Part shown: in pieces, positions 48,007 through 60,610 of the stretch
How the letters are laid out: each line of letters starts with the position of its first letter
Position numbering within the stretch: the first letter of the stretch is position 1
Program-made: the position numbers and the translations under genes
DNA from: Felis catus
Lineage: Eukaryota
Reading direction: 5' to 3'
Assembly: GCF_018350175.1 (NCBI RefSeq)
Contig: NC_058369.1
Coordinates: 20,896,001-20,960,000 of the forward strand
Length of the DNA stretch: 64,000 bases
Notes under the pieces: generated by a model
The model's database searches: none
Told to the model about the DNA's origin: nothing
What the model saw: only the letters and a program-made list of their open reading frames with translations

Positions 48007-51000
48007 GGGGCTGCTTCTGCTGGCCCCCTCGTCCACCCCCGCTATCCCTTCCTCTCTGAGGGTGTGAGGGGCTCTGGGCCAAGGCTGGCATGCTCTCCCC
48101 CTAGGAAGAGCCTCCCTTACCCACTTGGGCTCTGGACAGCCCAGCTTGCAGACTGTTCATGACCTGGGGACAAGGTGAAGTCAACAATGTGAGCCAGGCT
48201 CTGGAGGCCAGGGAGGCTTAGGGAAGAGGGAAGTTTGCACCCCCTCTGTGATGCAGGGCACCGTTTCCTTTCTTTCTGTATTGGCATGGAGTTCCCACTG
48301 CCGGGGGGGGGGGGGGGGGGAGGATGTCATAGTCTAGGGAATGTTGCCCCCACGTGGCAATGCCTGTGCCTTGTTGCTCCTCTGGTAACCTCTAGATATG
48401 CCCTGTCTGTGTCAATCCTTGCCTATGCGGACATGACTGTTGGTGCTGGGTGTCAAGTTCCAGGCAAGAGCAGGATAGGAGGGCAGGGCCCTGTCTGCCT
48501 TGTCTACAGCGTGTGTGTGTGTGTGTGTTGGCATGTGAGCACACAGATGTGGGTGGCCGGGGATAGGGATGTGCTGCTTTGTACACTAGGTCTCTTGCAT
48601 GCCTGCTGAGGGGTTTGGGTGTGGGTGGGGTCTCACCGGAGGTCTCCTGTGCTGCTTTGGCCCTTGCCCTACACCTATGTTTGTGGGGGTTGGGAGGCCA
48701 GGGGCTGGATTGGGCCTGGCCCATTAGATTTGCTCATTTGGTATCCCCAAGATGAGAAAAGATCTACTTGGCCTCAATCTAGATGCAAATACGAGATAAA
48801 CGCTGTATGGTGACTGTTCAATAGGACTTAACTATTTGCTCCATAAATTTCAGTTATGGGTCATAATTGCTCCCATCCTGTGGTTCTTTACTTCTGTCTG
48901 TCCTGGCTCAGGTTCCTCTTGCCCTTGTGCCCACCTCATTTCCATTCCCAGCTGGAGGCACTTGCTATGTAGGGTGCCCCCCTCCCCCACTGCTGCCACC
49001 TTTATAGGCCCTTTCATTCCCTGTACTTGGCATGAACTGAAAACAGCTGGGCAGTGCACCTGGACAGCCCTTAGGTATCAGCTAGCCCAAATCCCTTTGT
49101 TTTATAGCTGGAGAAACAGAGAGGGAAGGTGGCTTGTCTGGGGCTGCACAGCAAGTCTGCCACAGAACCAGAAGGAAAGCCTGGTCAGGACCTGCTTGCC
49201 CACTCACAGGGGCTCAGAGACCCTGGGACCCAGAGAGAGCTCAGCCAGAGTCAGGGATCCACTCTTGCTTCCCTGCTGCTTCTCAAGGGCTTGCAGATGG
49301 TGACATGACTACCCTTGGGAACCATAAAACAGATTCGTCAGTCCCTTCCTGGTGCAGATTCCACATTCCACTGCGGGTACAATTTGGTAGAAAACCACGT
49401 GCAGTTGGGTGATGGGCTTCTACACAGGTGTGCGTGTGCATTCATATGCATATCCATATGGGTGTGTGTGGGGGGACACGTGTGGGCACGTGTGTGTCCA
49501 GCTCAACCCACAGCCAGTTCCTGAACGGGCCTCTGAGTCATGCTCTGCTCCACCCTAGGGTGAGGACACAGTTTGGTGTGGTTACCTACTGGAGATCTGG
49601 TCAAGCAAGGAGGCCATAAAGGCTGGCAGAGGCCAATTGGCAAAGGGCCTTGTGTGCCTGGCTGGCTGAAAGGTTGGACTTCACATTGACAGTGGTGGCA
49701 AGCCTCATGGGGATTTTGGCAAGGAGCGATGCTGGGAGGCTGTTTCATGACAGACGCTGAGGCCTTCCTTACTGCAGGGGTGGGGGATGCCTGGGGATGT
49801 GCAGGGAGGTGGAGGAGGTGCCACAGGTGAGGGAGAGGTGCATCCTCTCAGTAAGGCCTTGGTGCTCACTGACTGAGGCCCTCTGGCACTGGGCTGGCAC
49901 TTACAGGGGCTGGTATTTGAGTTTTAAATGGCTTCTGGGGTGCACAGTGTCCTGAGAGGTCACAGAACCAATGTATGGTGGCGGGGGGTGGGGCGGTCAG
50001 CTGAGGCTAGAGTAAGCTGACCCAGCCTGGGAGAGAGCCCCCTCGTGTCTCAGAAAAAAAATGGAGAGGGCAGTCTGATCCCTCTGGATCTGGAGCACGT
50101 GTGAGGGACATGATGAGGCCCGGATTGCAGTGGGGGAGACCTGGCTTCACTGCAGGCTAGGAGTCCCTAGCTGAGTGAGAGAATTTGGGGTGTGCTAGGG
50201 GAGAGCAGGGGGTGTGTAGGGGTGGGGGGGATACTGACAGACCACTCAGGGTAAAGCCAATGGCTTAGGCAGGCCACTGCATGAGAGTGGGGTCACAGAG
50301 CTGTGGTGAGCTGAGTCCAGGCCGGGAAGAGTGGCCTTTCTTCCTGAGACAGGGATGACTGCTCTCTGGGTAATCACTGGGACCAGTCCTGGGGCTTTGT
50401 TCTCCTACTTCCCCTGGCTTGGGTTGCCCTTGAGACTGTAGAGGCTGGATGGGTTGGGCTATGGAGGACCACCTGGGCCCTTGATACTTGATGGCCATAG
50501 TTCTGATTCCACCTCTCTGTACATGTTGGTCCATCTGGGGTTGTTGCCTGCTCAGATGAGGAGGCTCTGGCTAGGGAAGAGGGCAAGGGAGAGTTAGCTC
50601 CTGGAAACAAGTACCCCATCTGGCCAGTCCTAGGGGGACAAATACCACTGGCAGCTCTGCCTTATGGGTCACTACCCCCCACAATCTTGTCCACTGCTGA
50701 CTCCTTGAGGGTTCAGGCAGCTGTAGGACCTGGCTCTGCCCTGGCCAGATAGCCAGAGGCTGGACCCCCAGGATGCATCCCACTGCGGAGATCCACCCCC
50801 TGGCCCCTGCATACTCCCAGCCTTTCCTGTCTCTCCTCTGGCAGCCAGCAGAGCCACCCTGCTGGCCTCTCTGGAGAAGTGTGAGCAACACACTCTGTCC
50901 CCGTGTAGCTCTGCCTTTCCATCCCTAGCTCCAGCTGAGAAGGGGGCGGGGCCCCGGCAGTGGCTTCTGCCCCCTCCATCCACTCCCACCCACCTGCCCA

Positions 51001-51559
51001 GCTTCAGGGTCTCTGGATCTCCTGGTAGCCCTGGGTCATCTCCAGTAATTGCACTTGTAGTCTCACGAAAGAGCCAGGGCTCTGTCTCCACCTATTCTCT
51101 TCCTCCCCCTGCCCCCCACTTTCCTCCCTGTCCAGTTCAGGAAGCTGACCGCAGGAACATCTCTGGGCTCTGGCCTGAATCCCTACTGCTCGCTACCGTG
51201 GGTGAAGCCATCCTGGGGTTCCTATTTTGAGGGAGTTGGTCAGAGACCCCTAGCAGAGGGAGAAGTGCCCCTCCCCGCATGTACCTCTGTGGGTCTGGTG
51301 GTCAGGAGCATGGGGTGAAAACAGCCAGACTGTGGCAGGGGGCAGATCTCTCCTTCTCTGCCCACACCCCCCACCTGGGCAGTGGGAGCAGCCCAGCACA
51401 TCCCTGACCAGCAACCAAAACCCCAGCAGGGACAGACACTTCAAGGGTCACAGCCCTGTGGGCAACCTCACAGCCACAGCCCTGCCAGAGGCAGGGTTCA
51501 GAGCCCTGGACTCCAGGACTGGGCATACACTCGAACCTTCAGGAGTGGCTACTCCGGGC

Positions 51560-52460
51560 AGACCAGCCCCCGCCCACCCAATCAGGCCCCCCTGCGGGTC
51601 CCCCTCAGCCCAAGGCCACCGGCAGAAGCCAGGCACCAGGTCAGGGAAAGAGCCTGCCAGCTCCCGAGCAGCTTTGCCCCTGGCAGCCAACTGGCTGCCC
51701 CTCTGCCCTCGGGTCCTGCTGACCGCCAGGGCATCAGACACTCCAACTGCTGTGCCCGCTGCCCCTGGCCGGGAGGCGCCGCACCGGACTGCCGGCGTCC
51801 CCACCTGCCCGCCCCCCAAAGCTCTGGCTGCCGCGCCCGGCGTCCCGGCTCCCCGCTCACCTCGGTGGCGGTGGCGCTGTCTCCGCACCAGAGGCACTGC
51901 AGTGTGGGAACTGTCCCGAGGAGCCAGTTCTCCGCTGAAACAAAGAGGTGGGGGAGAGAGAGGGGGGCAGCGGGAGAGGGAGAGGGTGAGTGAGCGGGAA
52001 GGAGCGGAGGCTGGAGGGGAAGAGAGAAGGGAGAGGGTGAGGGAGGAGTCGGGAGGGAGGGGAACGCAGGGAGATCGCGCCTGACTCCCGGGACTGTAGG
52101 GCCGGCGCGGAGGGGAGAGGAAGTGGGGAGGGGACCCGAAGGGGAGAGATTGTTCGAGGGGCCGCGCAGTGAGGGGCGTGGGCCAGAGAGGGAGCCGGGT
52201 GACAGGCAGGACTGCGGGCGGCTGCGGGCTGGGGGCTGGGCCGGGTGGGGTGGGCAGGGGGCCCCACCCGTCCTCTGCCTGCTCTGGCACTTGGGTGGGC
52301 AAAGGCCATGAAGAGGAATGGGAGGGAGAGGTGGGCCGACAGGCGAGGGCTAAGGGGCTGGGCTGGTGGGTGGGCTGGCTGGGAGGACGGGGCCTGGGGA
52401 CAAAGGCGGGAGAAGAACAAAGGTGTCCGAGTGGAGGAATCAGCTTCTGCTGACCTCTGG
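51560..52460 (-). promoter_or_regulatory. CpG island; probable promoter and first exon of the antisense pri-miR-135a-1 host transcript (GLYCTK-AS1-like)
   Basis: CpG-rich island with no protein-like ORF. Strong minus-strand donor GAG/gtgagc at 51861/51860, ~3.9 kb upstream of miR-135a-1 on the same strand. Confidence 0.62.
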
Positions 52461-53569
52461 GTGCCGCAGTCCTGAGCATCCTGGACAGAGTCTCCTGAAT
52501 GGAGGGCAGGTCCACTCTGGGGCGGTCCAGGCTCTGAAGTGGCAGCCTGAGGTCAAGGGAAGAGGGGATGGGCTATGAGAGTGGGCAGGGCCCCTTCCTT
52601 CTGAGAGAGTTCGGAACACAGCGGCTGCAGGGACTGACCACATATCAGGATGACCGCGTTGCTGTCTCTTTGCGGGAGGGGATGGTTGATGGGGTCTGAA
52701 GCTTGGCCCGAGAGCCGGGTGGGGCAAGTCCCCTTTTAGGGAAAAGCATTTGGGATTTGGGGATGCAGGGGAGGTGGAGGGGTGGTGGGCACCGTGGGGG
52801 AAGGAGAGGGATGGGGATGAAGGGTGTGGGGAGCTGGGGACATTTCGGGGATGAGGCCGGGCAGGTCCAGAGCTCTGCCCCTCAACAGGCCCATCAGCAG
52901 CAAAGGCCTCCCTCTGCACACCCCACAGTTCTGCCAGGGACGGGAGAGGATAATGAGCCACTTCCCTTCTAAGCACTGCTGTGACAGCCAAGGGCACCAG
53001 GGAGGCTAGTATGGGCTGCTCAGGCACAAGTCTGTGATAGTGCTGCAGCGGGGCAGGGAAGGCCGTCTGGCCTTAACCAGAGCTGTCCCATCCCTCTCTG
53101 GTCCTGGGTATGGTGCCCTGGGCTGGCCCAGTCTCCTTTCATGCCCAGAGGCACAGAATGCCCTCCTAAGCCTTCTGACCAAAAGAAGTTCCTCTTCTTG
53201 TCCCACTGGAGACTCCTTATAGAAATTCCAGAGCATTTTCATTCTCTGGAGAGCAGGAGAAGGGGAGGGAGCCGTGGGCTGGCCTGATGCTATGACTGGA
53301 AGAGAGGAAGACACTCAGCCCCCCCCCCCCATCCCACCCTGCACAGAAAGGGTGAGAGCTACATGCCCCTTAGTCTCTGCATAGCCCTACTCCCTACCAC
53401 CGCCTCAGGGAAGCCCACCTAGCCCCACCAAGCAGGGCCGCATCAACCCAGCTGCCACTGGTCTAGCTACACCTTCCAGTAGCCTGGAATCTAGAGAAAG
53501 GAAAGAATCTTCCTCCCCCCTTTTCTTCTCTCCCTCCCTTCCTTCCATCCTTTGTTCCCTCCTTCCACT

Positions 53570-53709
53570 TTTTATTTAGAAATAATTTCAAACTTACAGA
53601 AAAGTTGTCAAAATAAGAATAGTCTAAGACGCATATACCCTTTTTGGCCATATGCAACTATTGTTAATATTTTGCTTCACTTGCTTTCTGTATGTATTTG
53701 CCCCCCCCC

Positions 53710-53768
<59 letters not shown>

Positions 53769-53848
53769 TGTGTGTATAAGAAAGAGAGAGAAAGAGATCA
53801 TAATTTTTTTCTTGACCATTTGAGAGTAAAGTTACAGGCATGATGGCT
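53570..53848 (-). mobile_element. L1 (L1MC4/5-like) 3' fragment with internal (TG)24+ microsatellite (53713-53775)
   Basis: aaataatttcaaacttacagaaaagttg ... accatttgagagtaaagttacaggcatgatg. Confidence 0.72.
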
Positions 53849-54615
53849 GAAAGGATGGTTTCCTATCTATTTCTGGCTCCTGGAGCCAGTCTGAGGAAGC
53901 CCAGGCCACATTGTGTGGAGTGAATGAAGGTCTGGAACAGGCAAGGAATGAGCGGACATCACCTACTAGGAGCTCGAGGCCTGGAGAACTGGAGGCCCTT
54001 GGCCAAGGCCACCTGAGAGTCTGGCTGGTCCAGGGCTAGGCACCACTCATTTTCTGCTCCTTCGGCCTGAGAAGCAGGGAGCCATTGCCCACCAGAGCAA
54101 GCCTGTGGTGTCTGCTGGGTGTGGAGCTGCAGCATATGTCTGTGGAGCTGGCAGGAGGCGGGTGGGGTAAAGCTGGGAGAGCAGGGATGCCCACGCTGTG
54201 GCAGCTGGGCACACTCAGGAGATGGGCTTGAGAAGCCCATCCTGGCTCTCAGGGAGTGGAGAAGCCACTCCCTGGCTTGAGAAGCCTCAGCTGCTGGAGG
54301 CCCTAGCCCCAGGCCCAGTGCCACGGCTTTGAATTCTTGCCTTTGGACCCTCTCCACGGCCCCATGAGGGACAGGGCAGGGATAGGGGCCCCCACTTGAT
54401 AGCTGATCCATGCTAATTGGCTTAGATAGGGCAGAATGGGGGCCCTGGTCATGCGATGGTCTCTGACACAGGGCTGGCATTCCTTCTGTCCCCCAGTGCC
54501 CTCACATGGGTTGGAGTTCCTTGTGGAGCTGTCCTTCAGATGACTTCTCTCTTATCCCTCCTAACCCCCATGTGAAGGTTACGGTTAAGTGTGGCATTTA
54601 AAAATCACATGGTGA

Positions 54616-54962
54616 GGGGTGCCTGGGTGGCTCAGTCAGTTAAGCATCTGACAGTTGATTTCGGCTCAGGTCATGATCTTAAGGTTTGGTTCATGAGTTC
54701 GAGCCCTGCATCGGGTTCTATACTCATGGAGCCCGCTTGGGATTGGCTCTCTCCCTCCTTCTCTGCCCCTCCTCCACTTGTTCTCTTGTTCTTTCTTTCT
54801 TTCTCTCTCTCTCAAAATAAATAAGTAAACTTAAAAAAAAAATCACATGGTGAGGGACACCTAGCTGGCTCAGTTGGTGGAGCATGTGACTCTTGATCTC
54901 GGGGTCATGAGTTCAAGCCTCATGTTGGGTGTAGAGCTTACTTAAAAAAAAAACAAAAAACA
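54616..54962 (+). mobile_element. Two tandem Can-SINEs (54616-54840, 54854-54962) sharing a triplicated target site
   Basis: aatcacatggtga at 54603-54615, 54841-54853 and 55045-55057. Confidence 0.88.
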
Positions 54963-57594
54963 CAACAACTAAAACCTCTTGTATCAAGTACAATAAAATG
55001 AAATGAAATGAATGTCATAATAATAAACATAAATTTGGGGGGGGAATCACATGGTGAAAGATGATCTGAGCTCTGAAGCCCTGATTTCCTCTCCCTTATA
55101 GGTGAATTCCTCTTCCTCCAGGAAGCCCTCCAGACTTCCTTAGATCTTCCCACATCACACGACTTCTGGGGAATGCCAGCCCTGTTTGTTCCTTTACTGG
55201 TTCACACTGGTGCTGTATCAGGGCCTAGGGCTTTGCTCTGTCATCAGCCTCTCTCCTTCCTGCTGCCCCAGGCCAGGCATATAACTGATGCCCCATAGAT
55301 GGATGGCAGTGGCATGGTTAGTCCTGCCAGGATATTGATTCTCTCTGATGCCCCTGTGCCCACCGTCTGAGAGTCCACAGGCTCTGGGCTGGCTGAGGTG
55401 GTGGTGGGGTTGGGCAAGGGGATCTACCCGAGAGAGGGAAAAGGCTTGTTTAAGGCTAAGCCTGTTAGGGCAACGGCAGGCCTCCGGCTTGGGTCTCCGA
55501 CCACCTATTTAGCACCTTGTGCTTCTTCCCCTGGAGCACGGGCAAGCCTGTCCGGGGTGGAGGCTAAGGGTGCTCCCCAAACCCTTGGGTGATTGCAGGA
55601 CCTGTAGAACCAAGGGAAGAAATGCATCCCCTACCTCTGTTACCCCCAGCCCACCCATGTGAAAGCCCAGGGTATACTGGCCTCCTCTCCCCCTGCCCAT
55701 CCTCCAAAGAGATTTCTGCCAATTAGCACATACACTATTTACTTAATTAGGGTAATGACATAATTAGTGTAAGTTGGGCTCCATCACATGGCTTCAACAT
55801 GCAATTAGGAGCCGTCAGCGGGAGGCGACATTGTGGAAAAACTCATTCAATTTTGGTTCCAGCATGGAGGCCGGAGCAGCTGCCTCTGCTTGGGAGGCAG
55901 GCAGGCAGCAGCCACTGTGTGTGTGGGGTGACTGTAGGCAGCCACAGACAGCATAGGACAGGAGAGTCAATGGGGGTGGGGGGGCAGAATGGCAGTTGCC
56001 AGGGCTGAGGGTGTCTCTGGCCAACCCTGCCTCTCCCATCGCTTATAGATGCTGTCACCCCCAGAACCGCAGGGCAGGGCAGGGGCTCTGGCTTGGCTGG
56101 GGTGACAGACTGGGAGCCTGAGCACTCCAGGCCCCTCTGCCCCTAAGATGCCACCCTTAGCAGGATGTGTCTTCTCTCTTCAGGGCTTTGCTGCTCACAG
56201 GAGCCACCGTCTCATATCCACTGGCCTGGTGGCTGCTCGTGGTGGCCCTATGAGGCCACAGACTGGAAGGACTGGAATGACTACTATTATCCTCATTGGA
56301 CTAGTAGGGAAACTGAGGCTCAGAGCAAGCGAGGTGGTAGAGCCAATCATGGCAGCGCTGACCCTAAGAGGCAGCCCAGCATGGCTGGAGACTTCTCAAG
56401 CCCAGGCAGATCACCCTCAGCCTCAGGGAGGTCTCCTGCTCCATAGGCTCCTTTTTCTGAGAGGGGGCAGAGAATCATAGGGGTCCCCAGACTGCTGCTC
56501 CCTCAGCCTCCCCTCCCTTGCACAAGGCTGGGAGGCAGGGAGACCATCCATGGCTTTCCCTTCCCCTTAGTGAGCCTCCCAGCTTTCCTGGGCAATAGGA
56601 GCAGGGAAGTGAGGGAAGATGGGAGGCAGTGCCACCATTTGTGCCAGTAGGGAAACTGAGGCTCTGGGGCCACCAAGAGGAACCTAAATCAGGCCTCAGC
56701 AATCCTACTCCCTGCCTGGCTCAGTCACCTGGGCTTCCTCTCCCCCAGGCATCAGTTTCCCTGTGTGAAAGGAGAGAGTCTATGACCCATGGTCTCACAC
56801 ATCCTGGGACTGTCCAGAACCCCCCCGGGAAGGTGGGGCCCACCTTGACATCTGTTTAACCTCCTTCTAAATTATGTCATCATAGCTGTCCCTCCCCTTT
56901 ATGTCCCACCTGGGCCCTGCCTAGTGGTCGGGGCCCCTGGGGAGACAGCTCTGACTGGCAATTCTGCCTGTTCCAGGCTGGGCTTCCTGCCCTTCTGAAC
57001 TGGGGAATCCCTGGGCTCTGGGGACCATCTTAGACTCTCCCAATCAGTGGTGCCCCATCTTATAGGTGATACCCCCAGATGGCTGGATTCTGCTCTTATC
57101 TGACCTCCTCCCTAGGTCTACAGCAGTGTTGTCAGAGTGGGGCTGACTTGTTTGCTAATTGCTGACTATGGACCAAACACCTTGGGCCTGGCTACTGGGG
57201 CAGGGATGGGAAGGGATGGGCAGACAGAGGTGAGGGTAACTACCTCCAGGGGATTATGACCTCAGAGTTCAGACAGACTCAGGCCTAAGGAGTGTCCTCC
57301 AAAGGGTAGGCAAAGATAAGTGCCAGGAAGAGCCAAGACTAAGGGCCACACTGAGTAGAGATCTGACCCTCTCCTTCTGGTCAGGAAGAGCAGCACCTGC
57401 CAGGCCTGGGGGAAGCAAGGCTTTCAGTCCACAGAAGATGTACTTCGGGTACCAGTGTGAGTAGAGGCTGGGAGGCCAGAGTAGGTGAAGGGATGCCATC
57501 CTCAGGCATGAGGTATTCGGGTAGGCTCTGGGGAGCTGGAGGAAGGGGCTGGGGACTCTGGCTGTTTGTGGGAGGGTCAGGGAATTCTCTTAAC

Positions 57595-58400
57595 ATCCAT
57601 TCAACAAAAAGTCCCCTTCACGTGTTAGGCATATGGTGTTCTAGGCTGGGAATTTAGTAGGGACCAAGACAGATGCAATCCCTGCCCTCTGGAGCCTATA
57701 CTTCAGTTGTGAGAGACAGGAACAGTATCATGCAAGTGTGATGCAGAAGATCCTACTGCTTAGAGTGTGGTGCTAGGGCTGGGGGACACGTTAGGCTATA
57801 GGGCCAGGGAAGGCTACGGTGACATTTAAGCCAAGATCTTAGGGATCCAGAGATTTGGGGAAGAGCATTCTAGGCAGACGAGCAGCAAGTGCAAAGTCCC
57901 TGAGGCACTGAAGAACAATTCACATAACTGGGGCAAGGAAAAGAGAAGAAAGGAGGTGGATGAGATCAGGGAGGCAGGCAGGCCCCTACAGCTCAGGCTG
58001 AGACCCATGGACTTATTCTGTGCGTGATGGGAAGTCGTTAAAGGGTTTAAACTGGGAACTGATTTTTAAAAATCACCGTGGCAGCAGTGTGAAGGCTGGA
58101 AGACCAGGGCACGGCTGTCCAGATGGTAGAGGATGACAGCCGGGACTGGGGTGCTTGCTGGGAGGGGGCAGGAAGATGGCACCTGGGATGTGGTTTGGAA
58201 GCAGGGCCAGCAGGACTCCTGATGGTTGGCTGTGGGGTGCCAAGGTTGTCAGGGCAGCTCTTCGGTTCCTGGCTTGAGCACATGATCCAATGGCGTGGCC
58301 ATTTTCCGAAGAGGGGAATAGTGGGAAGAACTGGTTAGTGAGAGGTAGATGGAGTGCTGGATAGGGCTGGAGGCACCAAGGAGATAGTTGTCAGGTTTAA
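57595..58400 (-). mobile_element. LINE-2 fragment
   Basis: catccattcaacaaa, ccctgccctctggagcctata, gaagagcattctaggcaga..cagcaagtgcaaagtccctgaggca. Confidence 0.7.
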
Positions 58401-60076
58401 GTCTGGAGTTCCGGAGACAAAGGGAGCTGACTCATCTTTAGCAGAGACACAAGAACCAAGGTTCCCATCCAGCCCCAGGAGCCCAGAGATTCAAATGAGC
58501 CAACCATCTGGAAGCCCCCAGAAGGACCAAAGCAGGGGCCAGCTGGGAAGGACCCTGCTTTCAATGCCTCCTTCATATCTGCCAGGTGAGCCAAGACCAC
58601 CTCAGCTATCCCCAAGGCTGCAGAAGTAAGCTGATTCCACAAAGTTGGCTTTTCTGAGCCAAGGTCCAAATGGGCTGGATGGTGTTGCCCTGGAAACCCT
58701 GGAGGCCAGCTGTCCAGGTGATCCTCTGCCCTCCCCTACCAGGCCTGGTGTGGGAGGGTCTAGAGCCCACCCTTACAGGACCCCACCATGGCTTAAAATG
58801 CTCCTTCAGAGTGTCTGGGACTACTCACCTCTATCACCACGAGTTAGCTGTGTGTCCTCAAGTAAGCCACTGACGTCTCTGGGCATCGGCCTCCCCACTG
58901 GAGGCAGTTGGAGGAGTAATTCCCTTCAGCCTCAGCTGAGGCAGGACAGCCAGAATGATGGGGCTGGGGGAGGGGCACTGTCCCTACACATGTGGCCCAT
59001 GGCCCCTGCCTCACTCCCCTGTCCAGACTCTCAGTTCCTTGGGGCCCACTCATGGCAGACGGGCATCACTCCTGGGTATCCCTTCTGCAGGGAGAGGAGG
59101 TGGCTGCTACCACCAAAGCCGTCCTCCAGGTCCCTTGCTCCTCCATGCCAAGCACATTAGGGGATAATTAAGTAAAAATAGGCCTTCCGACCAGTGTAGC
59201 TCATTAAGGCCTAATTAAGTTAATTAGTTCCAGGTGTGGATGGCGAGGCTCAAGTGAGGCGACGGCTGTTTGCTGTAATTGCATTTTCGCTGCAGCAGCG
59301 GTGGCGGTGGTAACTGTGGTGGCAAAGGCGGTGGCTTCCTCTGAGGCCTGGAAGCCCGCCAGGGAGGTCGGGGAGGGGTCTGGAGCCAAGCAGGCCTGGA
59401 CCACCCACAGAGAGCTGTATAGCCAGAGGTTCCAGGTCAGCAGGGCCCAGGGAAACCTGCACTCTCTGCAGGGTTGGTGGGAGGCTGGGGGAGCCAGGGG
59501 AGGGGGGAGTACAAGGCCACCAACAGGCATCCTCCCCACTGGCTGAGAGTGGCGGGTGCAGGTGCATCGTGGCTTGTCCTTTGGATTCCCTCACACCCAT
59601 GGTGGTCCCCAGGAAGACTGGCAAATGGCTTTGCTAAAGGGGAATGTGTGACTCCGAGGCGGTGGTGAGACCTTTAGGAATCCACCTAAATCACCCCCTC
59701 CATTTGGCTCGAGTCTCTAACTCCTGTTCCTTTCTGCTGCAGGTGCGTGGCTCTGAGACCCTCTCTTTGTGATTCAAGGCAGGAGTGGGGCCACACAAGT
59801 CTGGGGTCTCTGCAGGGGACCTGCTGGCCTCATCAGTCTCCTGCCCCAGACGTCTCCCCAAACCCACTTCCTGCCGCAGCTTCAGGACTCACCTGTGTAG
59901 GACAGCCCTCCCAGCCTTGGTTGATGAGGGAGCATGGGGCAAGCTGAGGGCAAATACAGGCTGACAGCACGCTGCCCCCCACCCCGGCCCCCTCCACCGG
60001 GGGGAATATGTGTGATATTCCTCGGACACTCCTGGCTACCAAGAACAAAGGAAAGGGGTTTAGGTGTTTGCCATGG

Positions 60077-60610
60077 TGATGTGGGAAACTAAGGCAAATG
60101 AAAAATTAAATTCCCTATGCCTACAGCCCATTGACAGGTCCTTGAAACCAGCAGAGTGACCTCCCTCTAGGAGCTCAGCTGCCTCAAGGATGACACTTTG
60201 CTGGGGGCAAAAGAGCATCTTAACATTATCCCAACCTCGAGGATCCTGTAAGTCTACTGTATCTCAACTGCCCCAAGATATATGCTGGCAATCATACTCC
60301 AAGCTTATGGCCCCCAGTATACATCTGAAGGGTCTCATGACTGAGGTTTTATTAAACGGTAATAAATGGTGTTTCCCTAGCAACAGCTAGCCCCTCAAAG
60401 TCCCAGAAACCTTGCTTCCAAAATTCCTTGGAGACTTACTCTATCCCTGACTGACCCCCTCCCAACCTGAGGGTATGAGTTACCCATCATGACCCCAGTG
60501 CAGCTCTCCCTGTCCTGTCCCCATGCTTTAATAAAATTACCTTTTTGCACCAAGGGCGTTTTCAAGAATTCCAAACCCCATGAATCCCCGATCACCCCAA
60601 AACTTCATCA
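60077..60610 (+). mobile_element. Solo ERV LTR (534 nt, probably carnivore ERV1)
   Basis: Terminal inverted repeat TGATG...CATCA; 4-bp flanks atgg/ttgg; AATAAA ~80 nt before the end; AT-richer than its surroundings. Confidence 0.75.

Noticed and set aside
48303..48320. G18 homopolymer 300 nt from miR-135a-1
   Set aside because: Isolated homopolymer; similar G/C runs occur elsewhere in the window; no evidence of function.
51873..51893. REST/NRSE site at the putative miR-135a host exon
   Set aside because: Only the GGCGCTGTC half-site matches; the other half is missing.
51448..52515. 355-aa minus ORF and 250/203-aa plus ORFs at the second CpG island
   Set aside because: Pro/Ser/Gly low-complexity products of a GC-rich, purine-skewed tract; several frames open at once; no domain similarity.
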